Source of the DNA: Macrostomum lignano
Lineage: Eukaryota
NCBI GenBank assembly: GCA_002269645.1
Contig: NIVC01000862.1
Coordinates: 362,219 to 426,218, forward strand
DNA: 64,000 bases
Direction of reading: 5' to 3'
In this document: in pieces, positions 20,801-32,200 of the stretch
Numbering within the stretch: position 1 is the first letter of the stretch
Layout: each line of letters opens with the position of its first letter
Notes under the pieces: model-generated
What the model was told of the DNA's origin: nothing
Databases searched by the model: none
Seen by the model: the letters and a program-made list of their open reading frames with translations, nothing else
Position numbers and translations under genes: made by a program

Positions 20801-22786
20801 ACTCAGATCCTGAAGCTCACCTAACTCAGGTCAGACCCTGAGGCTCACTTGACTCAGATTCTGATAGTCACCTGACTCAGACCCTGAGGCTCACCTGACT
20901 CAGATCCTTAGGCTCATCTGACTCAGATCCTGAGGGTCATCTGACTCAGATCCTGAGGCTCACCTGACTTAGATCCTTAGGCTCATCTGACTCAGATCCT
21001 GAGGGTCATCTGACTCAGATCCTGAGGCTCACCTGACTCAGATCCTTAGGCTCATCTGACTCAGATCCTGAGGGTCATCTGACTCAGATCCTGAGGCTCA
21101 CCTGACTTAGATCCTTAGGCTCATCTGACTCAGATCCTGAGGGTCACCTGACTTAGATCCTGAGGCTCACCTGACTCAGATCCTTAGGCTCATCTGACTC
21201 AGATCCTGAGGGTCACCTGACTTAGATCCTGAGGGTCATCTGACTCAGATCCTGAGGCTCATCTGACACAGATCCTGAGGCTTATCTAACTCAGATCCTG
21301 AGGCTCATCTGACTCAGACCCTGAGGCTCACCTGACTCAGATCCTGAGGCTTATCTGACTCAGATCCTGAGGCTAATCTGACTCAGATCCTGAGGCTCAT
21401 CTGACTCAGATCCTGAGGCTCATCTGACTCAGATCCTGAGGCTCATCTGACTCAGATTCTGAGGCTCATCTGACTCAGATTCTGAGGCTCATCTGACTCA
21501 GATCCTGAGGCTAATCTGACTCAGATCCTGAGGGTCACTTGACTCAGATCCTGAGGGTCACCTTAATCAGATTCTGAGGCTCATCTGACTCAGATCCTGA
21601 GGGTCACTTGACTCAGATCCAGAGGGTCATCTGACTCAGATCCTGAGGCCACCTGACTTAGGTCAGATCCTGAGGGTCGCCTGATTAAGAACCGCAGGCT
21701 CACCCAATTTAGATTTTGAACCGAAAGCAGCCCTGACCTAATCTTAAGTCACGCGAACACAAAAGCTCCAAGCCAACAAACCTGAACCCGCCTCTCCAAT
21801 CCGTCCAGATATTCCTTGCGTTTCCGTCGGCTCTCCGATGCGCTGTGCCGATTTTTAATCATCCGTTCGATTCGTTTGACTTTGGCCTGATCGCCCTCGA
21901 CCAGCGCAGCTCCAGAACTAGCCGCAACAGTGGTAGACGCTTGACTCTGGACTCCAACAACGTAATCAATACCCGTAGCACTAGTAGTAGCAATAAAAGA
22001 ATGTGGCGAAGGTACAGATGACTGCACAGATGGAGAACTGGGAGACACTGCAGAAGAGACGATAGAATTAGTAGACGCCAATTCTGGTTGTTGATGGTTC
22101 AATTGACGCGGTTGAATAAGTCGAAAGCTACCATGATGCTGCGATAAGAATTCGTCAGTTGGTTCCGATTTAAATAGCTGCGTGGTAGAAGTCAGCTGCT
22201 GCTGTTGTTGATGCTGCTGATGCTGAAGCTGAAATTGAGGCGGCTGCTGATGCTGCTGCAGAGCCGATGTCTGAGTCAAGAAACCGGCCAGTCTGCCTTC
22301 GACAACGAAATCCTCAACCCGAAGGCGGGTACAGTCGTCGGGAGCGCGCTCTCTAGATCTGCGCCAATCAAACGGGCGCGTGCGGCTGCAGCTGTGATCT
22401 GGGTCAGCCGCATCGGTAGGACCTGCAGTAGGATTATTATTGACAGCAGCTAAACCGCCACTGCCCAGCCCGCTATCGCTGTCCGACTGCTCAGGCGTGG
22501 ACAAGGAGTCCACTAATCCCAAATCCGGATCCTCTAGTTCCGCCATCGCTGCATCTGGGCCGCCACAATCCGCATTATTATTGTCAAGCAAAGCCGGGAA
22601 GATGTCGGCAGGAAACAGCTCGGCAGCTGTGATGCCCAGATCGAATGAGTCTAGCATTTCATCTGTTGACGAGCTCGGCTCGCTGGTGCCATCGTTGGCA
22701 ATGAGTTCGTTGAATAGTTCGGCGAAATCGCCAACATTAGTAGTGCCAGTAGACATAACTGGCTGCTGGGAGACTATCGAGTTCAT
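17866..22786 (-). CDS. ATF6: ATF6-family ER-membrane bZIP transcription factor (669 aa, 4 coding exons)
   Basis: Exons 22786-21782, 20619-20075, 19077-18761 and 18008-17866 total 2010 nt. bZIP RMIKNRHSASESRRKRKEYLDGLE..; TM segment TAMALLLFLGLNLVGLGVWPL; S1P-type RHLL; luminal motifs ALDRREDTMYLVSFRSDHLVFPA..NKT..PRMTFLMP and LMQIDCEV, both characteristic of ATF6. Confidence 0.93.
18068..18718. repeat. Two abutting related 23-bp minisatellites in ATF6 intron 3
   Basis: GGAGCTCGAAATCTCCGTTGATT (18068-18486), then CAAGCTGAAAATCTCACAAGATT (~18497-18718). Confidence 0.92.
19300..19995. repeat. 32-34-bp minisatellite (AACCATAAACACTAGCCACAAATCAATAAACACA)n in ATF6 intron 2
   Basis: Direct inspection. 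Confidence 0.93.
20790..21670. repeat. 23-bp minisatellite (GATCCTGAGGCTCATCTGACTCA)n in ATF6 intron 1
   Basis: Direct inspection; most units carry TGACTCA. Confidence 0.95.
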
Positions 22787-23090
22787 TGGAACTGCAGGTT
22801 TCCTCGCTTGGATTGCAAGGACGCCTAACTAGTAAATCTGGATTGGAGTGTTCTTCAAAACTTGTAACATAAATTGAGAATAAAAAACCAATAAAGTAAT
22901 CTCGAAAAAAACTTGAATGTTCATGTAGCACAAAAAAGAGACTGAACCAAATAAAATGCAAGGTTTTATAGATAAGTAAAACAATTAGAAGTATATTAAA
23001 TAAACCATCAGTTTGCCATGGAGAAGATAGCCATCAACTCTGCATATTTTAATTAGCTTGAACTATTAGACTAGAAACACTGATCACTAC

Positions 23091-24078
23091 TAGGGGTGTT
23101 CGGGATGGCATTTTTTTCGGGGTTCGGGGTTAACTCCGATCCCGAACATCTTTCGGGAATCCCGAACCCCGCCCCGAACATTTATCGGGAACCCCAAACC
23201 CCGTCCCGAACCCTAATCCCGACCCCGAACCCCGATAACCCCGAAGTAAGGAATAGCATGAAATAAAAAGTGATATTGACGGCTAGCCTGTTTCAGTTCA
23301 ACTTAAAATTCAACTTAAACTTAAAACAACTTAAAAACAGTTCAACTTGGCGCCGGAGTTCGATGCACTCGCAGTCGAATTGCACTCCTGAGTGGTAATT
23401 CCAGATAATCTGCAGAACTGCAAAAACTTGCATCCAGAGCTCTCTTCAGTGCCCGAAATGACATTATCGTGCATCTCCTCGGTAGTGGCCATTGTATTTG
23501 CGCTGCTGGCAGCAGCAGCGGCATCTTGCCCAGAAAGCTCCTGCTCAAGGCTCCAGATGACCTCACTCTTGAGATGGTTTTGGATGTCCACCATGTCCCC
23601 CAGGTTTTGATGAGGCGATGCGACGATGGTATTGTCTAGAAAAGCAGCGGTCTTGTAGAACAAGATGTTGAAGTCTTTGCACTCAAACGTGTACTTGTTC
23701 AGCTGCTCCATAAGACGCCTCCGAATGGATCGATCGACGCCGTCAACATCAGCAGAAAGAAATTGCCGCAGACCATAGAGGACGACATAGGCAATGTTAG
23801 CGGTAGGATAATTTTGACCTGAAAGCATTTCTGTGGCGAGCGAGACTTGGCTCAGATCATTGAGAAGTGCGCTTGCAATCTCCTCCTCTTGGCGCAGAAA
23901 GAGGTCTCGGAGCTCCCTTGTTTCGGTGTCGCTGGTCGATGGGAATTTCTATGGGAATTCAGAAAATTTGTGAAACCCCGAAATCCCAGTCCAAAATCCC
24001 GTCCCGAACCCCATCCCAAACATTCATCGGGACCCCAAACCCCGACCCCTAATCCCGACCTAACCCTGAACACCCATA
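23091..24078 (-). mobile_element. Non-autonomous hAT DNA transposon with transposase fragment
   Basis: TIRs TAGGGGTGTTCGGG / (rc) TATGGGTGTTCAGG; 8-bp TSD ATCACTAC (23083-23090, 24079-24086); CCCGAA subterminal repeats; internal frame ..LLNDLSQVSLATEMLSGQNYPTANIAYVVLYGL...AAFLD resembles a hAT transposase segment. Confidence 0.88.
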
Positions 24079-25114
24079 ATCACTACCATGCCTCTCTATC
24101 CAAATATGTGTATTTGGCTAAAATTTGTACTGAAATGACTTTTAAGCCTTTGATTGTAAAAAATTCTCTTTTGTAGATATAATTTGTAAAACATATTTTC
24201 CTTAAATATTATTCCAAAAATGTTCCAATTTCTTAGCCTAATCATGTTTTAACAATATGCATCAAAAGACTATGTATTATTATCTAAATAGATTATCTTT
24301 TATTTATCTGCCTTAACTTATTACAATTTGCAATCTTTCATTTTTTAATAGTTTCAAAAGATTATTTATTTTTCATTTTTGGCTTTATGTTTCATGTTTT
24401 TTAGCTTTAAGTGCTTGTAACTTTGAACCATATTAGATAGAACAAAGCTGCAAAAAGCAATTTGTGTCAAACTTCTAGTTCTATTTTTTTCACATAGCTG
24501 CTTATGAATTCTAAAACAACTGAATAAATAATTCACAAACAACTAAAACAACATATAGCAGAGCATAAACTAATGCTGAAGTTACAAGTGCTTAAAGTTT
24601 AAAAACATGATAGGACTCTCTCTTGAGGAATGGCCCTAATATTAGTTTAGGGCATTTCTTTGTAATGACAGTTGAGGCTCATTAATTGATATATTCTAAG
24701 TTAAATTAAATAGAATAATTTTTAATGACTGATAAAAAATAGGTTATGGGTTATTTTTTATAAATACAATGGCACTGCAACCTTTCAGATCAGAAGGTTC
24801 ATTGGCATATATTATGTCTAAATAACTTTTCACTAAAGAAAGGACATGATGGTCATGGCATGATGAAATTCATATAATGTAGAAAATAAATCTTTTGCAT
24901 TTTTCTAAAAAAGATGGCATAGTTTAGAAAGTATAGAAATTTTTGTATAAAAAATTAGTAGCACATTTTGTATAAAATAATTATAAGTGTTGCAACTTGC
25001 AATTGTATATTTATTTAGACTGATGGTGGCACCTAATAGTTGTGACAATTCAAAATTCCTAAACTATAATTTATCTTATATGTAAATTTCAAATATTTTG
25101 GCAACATTTATATA

Positions 25115-25879
25115 GCTTTTTGCAGCCCATTTGGGCTTACGTGCATTGAATTTAATCCAATATATGTTTGTCAAAGTAATAGAGCTTTTGTCTATGGTAG
25201 CAAGGCTGTGGCACAGTGGCATTTAATTTGGTCCAACAAGCATCAATTTGGTCCATTTAGTTCATTTGCAGCTCAGTCCCAGAATTGTGGACCATATGCT
25301 AGGCTGTTGAACGAATGTCATTTGCTTGTGATCGAAGCACTCGATGGAGGTGAACACCCAAAGGACATTGCAAGGTTGCTGAATGTAAAAGAAAAGGTGG
25401 TTTACAGCATCCAGCAGCGCCTTGAAACCCTGCTGGCAGAGATTGCCTGCAAAAGGGTGGCAATTGCCAAGGAAAGTTGCTCGAGAGCCTCAGGTCCAAC
25501 TGCTACTCAATGCAGTAGAGACGAACCCTTTGTTGACGGAGCAGAAAATGCAGCAGCAGTTGAAGGAACAGTTCCAGTTGGTTATCAGATTTTAACTATC
25601 AGCAGAGCTCTGGAAAAGCAACTGAAAATTGCTGGTAGAGACGCTAACATTCCAGCAGTGCGCAACAACCTGCAGACAGTTGAGAGAAGGCAAGAGTTTG
25701 TCCAATGGCTCATGGGTGTTTGGACCAAATGGATGCTTTTTGGACCAAATGGATGCTTTTTGGACCAAATTAAATGCCGCTGCGCCAGTCTTGCTACCAT
25801 AGACAAAAGCTCTGTTACATTGGCAAACGTATCTTGGATTAAACTAAATGCGCATAAGCCCAAATGGGCTGCAAAATGC
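25115..25879 (+). mobile_element. Tc1/mariner-like non-autonomous element with ~140-bp TIRs and an HTH-coding remnant (second copy ~29817-30568)
   Basis: Imperfect TIRs GCwTTTTGCAGCCCATTTGGGCTTA...TTTGGTCCA at both ends; TA flanks; internal LVIEALDGGEHPKDIARLLNVKEKVVYSIQQRL resembles a transposase N-terminal HTH. Confidence 0.7.
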
Positions 25880-26304
25880 TATATTATATAAATATTATAA
25901 ACATTCATTATTCCAATTTTTATTACAGAGTAAACCATGCAACATGAGCTAATTCAACCTAAATGTACTTCTTGCAAATAGGTGCCTATCATTAAACATT
26001 TTCATGCAGAAAATATGCTTGCATATGCTAACTTAAAAAATTACTTTAGTTGCTAATTAGGTAAAATGATTTTCTAGACTCAAATATGCATATAGCATAT
26101 GCAGCCTAAGCATGTTTGTTAGTTGGGTTTTTTATTTTTATATTAAAATAAAAAGGTAGGGCCTAATATGTATCATGGCTTTGAAAAGTTTATTTGGCAT
26201 CCTGAATTTAGACCCACAGTGACAAAATAATACTATGATCATAATACTATGACTTTTTTAATAATAAAGTAAAGATAAAATTATTGAAGTGTAGTAAGCA
26301 TTCC

Positions 26305-26601
26305 TATACATGCGCAACACTTGGCCGAGTCGGCCAATCTGGCTGACCAATTTGGCGGCCAACCAAGGAAGTCACAAAAATGCCCACCCAAAAAAATACC
26401 CAAGTAGTAGTACTAAGTAGCTGATGAGGCATTTTGGCTTAATAAGACAGTCATAGTTACTCCTGCCGTTTACCCACAGTTGTGTTAATTTTGTTCTAGG
26501 GTTTTTTACATGTAAGTTGCATTTTTGGCCAAAAAGTATGTCGCATTTTTGTTAAAACTAAGTCGCACGGCTGACCGAAATTTGGGGGTCGCGCATGTAT
26601 G
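26305..26601. mobile_element. hAT-type MITE (297 bp; second copy ~31002-31296)
   Basis: TIR (T/C)ATACATGCGC(A/G)AC; 8-bp TSD AGCATTCC (26297-26304, 26602-26609). Confidence 0.75.
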
Positions 26602-27750
26602 AGCATTCCTTTGGTTTATGATCATTTTTCCACCTGAAAAGTTTAGGTGGATGTAAAAATTTCAGTTTACAATCCCCATGGCCATGTATTTTTTTATTTA
26701 AGTGATCATAGCTTGCTTAAACAAAACAAAAATTGTTAAATTGAGCTTATTTGTTTTATTAGAAAAACTGAACAGAATAGCCAACAAATGGTTTCTCCTA
26801 TGACATGGCGATGACAAGGATCTTATATCTACTTCAGTTTACAATCATTTAAATGGAAGCAATATATGAAAATGATTGTGAGCCAAGGCTAGTGTGTCAT
26901 ATAACAGGGGTTTTTGGTATTTTACAAGCATAATCTGAAATCAATCACTGACACTATCTTGATACATATATGCTAGCTTTGGTTCACGATCATTTATATG
27001 TATTGCTTCTATTTAAATGATTGTATACTGAAGCTAAGGAGGGCTATACACTTGTAATTTCTTGTATAATGCTTAGAGTTGTTCCAAAATTTCAGTTTTT
27101 ATTTTCAAAAATTTGGAATTATCAAGAGTGAATTTCAATTTTGAAAATATTAGGAAGTCAAAATTTTGGAAGTGTGTAAGAGTGGCTAAAATAAACTAAA
27201 TTGTGTTACATTTACATATATTTTGTTTGGCATAAGCAGTAAATCAAGAATTAAAAAGTGAGTTTTGGTCATACTAAACTTTGTTTTTCTGAATTTGATT
27301 TAAAAAAATTTCAATTTCAATTTTAGAAAGTTAGCTAATGTTGATTCTAATAGAAAATGATTTCTAATAATCCTAAAATGCAATAAAATAATTTGACTTC
27401 TTTTCTAAAGCACATATCTGCGAGTTTTCAACATTTATTCTAATAGGAAGGGGGGATATTGAAGACATGTAGTCATATTGATACTTTATTCCCTGTATAC
27501 TCTCCCCCCCTTAGCTTTGGTTTATGATCATTAAAATACATGTAAATGATTATGAACCAATACATAGGAACCAATACATATAAATGATTTTGAACTAAAG
27601 CTAGCATAGCATCAAGATAGTAATTGATTTCTGATAGGCCTAATGCTTGTAAAACACCAAAAACCCCATTATATATATGCTAGCTTTGGTTTATGATTAT
27701 TTACACATATTGCTTCTGTTTAAATGATTGTAAACTGAAATGGACACTAG
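26602..27750. mobile_element. Older diverged copy of the same foldback family
   Basis: Starts GCATTCCTTTGGTTTATGATCATT; arms 26820-27045 and 27505-27745 are inverted and homologous to 28244-29217. Confidence 0.55.
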
Positions 27751-28243
27751 GCCTATATAGGACTGTCTTTCTATGGATTTGTTTTTGGATTTTTGGAACT
27801 ATGAAATTGATTTCTAAAACCTTTTTAGCTTTGGTTTTTTATTAGTAATGTAAAGTGATAGTGTTATGATGGATAAATAAAAAGGATTGGAGTGCTTGTT
27901 GATTGTTGGTTTGTATTTTGATAAAAAAAATAGTTTTGTCTTTTCCTTATCTCTTTAATAGGGATCTTTACTAATTTCAATGATTGTAAATAGAAGGAAT
28001 ACCATGTAGTAATAATATATGTAGCTATTTAGATATCATTTAATAGGGAAAATAAGTAGGCCTAGGTGTAGATGATAAAAATTAGATTAAAAATAGAATA
28101 TCAAATTGCAAAACTAAAAATTTTGATAAGTACCAATTGGCACCCTGACTTCTAACCTAGCACCCTAATTTTGAATAGTGTTGGATTAGCACATGATTAA
28201 GACTGCCATTTGGCATATACTAAGACTACCATATAGCTATTAT

Positions 28244-29217
28244 GGCATTCCTTCGGTTTACGATCATTGAAATTAGTGACGATCCCCATTGGAGAGATAG
28301 CCAGATAGGGAAGATACAAAATTGTTGTCTATTTCATCAAAATGCAAAAAAATCAGTAGACAAGCACTCCAATCCTTTTTATTTATCCATCATAACACTA
28401 GCTGCATGTTCAAATGAAAAAAGAAGGTAAAGGGGTTATAGTGATCCATTTCACAGTTCCAAGAATCCAAAGATGATCCTATATATCCACTTCAGTTTAT
28501 GATCATTTAAATGGAAAAGATACATATAAATGATCGTGAACCGAAGCTAGCGTATGTGTGTAAGGGGGTTTTGGTGTTTTACAAGCTCTATTTGAAATTG
28601 ATCACTATCTCAATACATGGCTAGCTTTGGTTCACGATCATTTACATGTATTGCTTACATCTAAATGATCGTAAACTGAAGCTGAGGGGGGGTGGCAGCG
28701 TGCAGAGAATAATAAAGCATCAAGTTAATTGGGAGCGCACATTAACTCAAGATGACATTTCAATCGCCAACAAGCCAACAAATAAATATATGACTACATA
28801 TGTCTTTGACACCCCCCTTAGCTTCGGTTCACGATCATTTAAATGGAAAAAATACATGTAAATGATCGTGACCGAAGCTAGCCATGTATTGAGATAGTGA
28901 TCAATTTCAAATAGAGCTTGTAAAACACCAAAACCCCCTTAACACACATATGCTAGCTTCGGTTCACAATCATTTACATGTATTGCTTCGTTTAAATGAT
29001 CGTAAACCGAAGTGGATATATAGGATCCTTGTCATCGCATGCCATGAAAAAAACCAATTTATCGGCTATCCGTTCAGTTTTTTTAATGTAACGAATAAGC
29101 TCAGTTTAACAATTTTTGTTTATTTCAGCAAGCTATGATCATTTATATGAAAAATTACATGGGGATCGTGAACCAAAATGTGGGTAGAAAAATGATTGTA
29201 AACTGAAGGAATGCCGC
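28244..29217. mobile_element. Foldback/MITE-like element with iterated internal hairpins
   Basis: Ends GGCATTCCTTCGGTTTACGATCATT ... AATGATTGTAAACTGAAGGAATGCC; 28480-28690 is the reverse complement of 28815-29040; repeated GCTTCGGTTCACGATCATTTA/TAAATGATCGTGAACCGAAGC modules. Confidence 0.65.
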
Positions 29218-32200
29218 TTTTATTGGCTATTGTATTGGAATTAAGAGCGAGTTACCTATCTTCTAGCATTGCTATTCTTCTCTCATAGGTTCCTTTTTTG
29301 CAACCTTGTCTTACTGGTTCTCCTAGGCCCACCTACAGTGACCTAGGGCCTACTCATCTTTTTCTAGCACCATCTAATAGCACATTATGCTAAATTTCTC
29401 CTCTATCTAGTTCCCCCAAGTGTGCAGTCTTGTCTTGATGAATTTTGATGAAAAAATCTAATTTGTTAGTCTCTGAATGATAGCAACAACTTGTTGATTT
29501 AAAGTAGTTGGCACTTGGCAGTGATAAATATGAGCCTTGTATGTAGGCCTAGCATTGTAAGCCTATAAAACAGTTTTAAGGAGTTCATTTCAGACCTAAG
29601 AAATGATTGNNNNNNNNNNNNNNNNNNNNNNNNNNNNNNNNNNNNNNNNNNNNNNNNNNNNNNNNNNNNNNNNNNNNNNNNNNNNNNNNNNNNNNNNNNN
29701 NNNNNNNNNNNNNNNNNNNNNNNNNNNNNNNNNNNNNNNNNNNNNNNNNNNNNNNNNNNNNNNNNNNNNNNNNNNNNNNNNNNNGTAAATTTCAAATATT
29801 TTGGCAACATTTATATGCTTTTTGCAGCCCATTTGGGCTTACGTGCATTGAATTTAATCCAATATATGTTTGTCAAAGTAATAGAGCTTTTGTCTATGGT
29901 AGCAAGGCTGTGGCACAGTGGCATTTAATTTGGTCCAACAAGCATCAATTTGGTCCATTTAGTTCATTTGCAGCTCAGTCCAGAATTGTGGACCATATGC
30001 TAGGCTGTTGAACGAATGTCATTTGCTTGTGATCGAAGCACTCGATGGAGGTGAACACCCAAAGGACATTGCAAGGTTGCTGAATGTAAAAGAAAAGGTG
30101 GTTTACAGCATCCAGCAGCGCCTTGAAACCGCTGCTGGCAGAGATTGCCTGCAAAAGGGTGGCAATTGCCAAGGAAAGTTGCTCGAGAGCCTCAGGCCAA
30201 CTGCTACTCAATGCAGTAGAGACGAACCTTTGTTGACGGAGCAGAAAATGCAGCAGCAGTTGAAGAACAGTTCCAGTTGGTTATCAGATTTTAACTATCA
30301 GCAGAGCTCTGGAAAAGCAACTGAAATTGCTGGTAGAGACGCTAACATTCCAGCAGTGCGCAACAACCTGCAGACAGTTGAGAGAAGGCAAGAGTTTGTC
30401 AATGGCTCATGGGTTTTGGACCAAATGGATGCTTTTTGGACCAAATGGATGCTTTTTGGACCAAATTAAATGCCGCTGCGCCAGTCTTGCTACCATAGAC
30501 AAAAGCTCTGTTACATTGGCAAACGTATCTTGGATTAAACTAAATGCGCATAAGCCCAAATGGGCTGCAAAATGCTATATTATATAAATATTATAAACAT
30601 TCATTATTCCAATTTTTATTACAGAGTAAACCATGCAACATGAGCTAATTCAACCTAAATGTACTTCTTGCAAATAGGTGCCTATCATTAAACATTTTCA
30701 TGCAGAAAATATGCTTGCATATGCTAACTTAAAAAATTACTTTAGTTGCTAATTAGGTAAAATGATTTTCTAGACTCAAATATGCATATAGCATATGCAG
30801 CCTAAGCATGTTTGTTAGTTGGGTTTTTTATTTTTATATTAAAATAAAAAGGTAGGGCCTAATATGTATCATGGCTTTGAAAAGTTTATTTGGCATCCTG
30901 AATTTAGACCCACAGTGACAAAATAATACTATGATCATAATACTATGACTTTTTTAATAATAAAGTAAAGATAAAATTATTGAAGTGTAGTAAGCATTCC
31001 TATACATGCGCAACACTTGGCCGAGTCGGCCAATCTGGCTGACCAATTTGGCGGCCAACCAAGGAAGTCACAAAAATGCCACCCAAAAAATACCCAAGTA
31101 GTAGTACTAAGTAGCTGATGAGGCATTTTGGCTTAATAAGACAGTCATAGTTACTCCTGCCGTTTACCCACAGTTGTGTTAATTTTGTTCTAGGGTTTTT
31201 TACATGTAAGTTGCATTTTTGGCCAAAAAGTATGTCGCATTTTTGTTAAAACTAAGTCGCACGGCTGACCGAAATTTGGGGGTCGCGCATGTATGAGCAT
31301 TCCTTTGGTTTATGATCATTTTTCCACCTGAAAAGTTTAGGTGGATGTAAAAATTTCAGTTTACAATCCCCATGGCCATGTATTTTTTTATTTAAGTGAT
31401 CATAGCTTGCTTAAACAAAACAAAAATTGTTAAATTGAGCTTATTTGTTTTATTAGAAAAACTGAACAGAATAGCCAACAAATGGTTTCTCCTATGCATG
31501 ACGATGACAAGGATCTTATATCTACTTCAGTTTACAATCATTTAAATGGAAGCAATATATGAAAATGATTGTGAGCCAAGGCTAGTGTGTCATATAACAG
31601 GGGTTTTTGGTATTTTACAAGCATAATCTGAAATCAATCACTGACACTATCTTGATACATATATGCTAGCTTTGGTTCACGATCATTTATATGTATTGCT
31701 TCTATTTAAATGATTGTATACTGAAGCTAAGGAGGGCTATACACTTGTAATTTCTTGTATAATGCTTAGAGTTGTTCCAAAATTTCAGTTTTTATTTTCA
31801 AAAATTTGGAATTATCAAGAGTGAATTTCAATTTTGAAAATATTAGGAAGTCAAAATTTTGGAAGTGTGTAAGAGTGGCTAAAATAAACTAAATTGTGTT
31901 ACATTTACATATATTTTGTTTGGCATAAGCAGTAAATCAAGAATTAAAAAGTGAGTTTTGGTCATACTAAACTTTGTTTTTCTGAATTTGATTTAAAAAA
32001 ATTTCAATTTCAATTTTAGAAAGTTAGCTAATGTTGATTCTAATAGAAAATGATTTCTAATAATCCTAAAATGCAATAAAATAATTTGACTTCTTTTCTA
32101 AAGCACATATCTGCGAGTTTTCAACATTTATTCTAATAGGAAGGGGGATATTGAAGACATGTAGTCATATTGATACTTTATTCCCTGTATACTCTCCCCC

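Noticed and set aside
29499-30011. ORFs spanning X runs
   Set aside because: Artefacts of the 175-N gap
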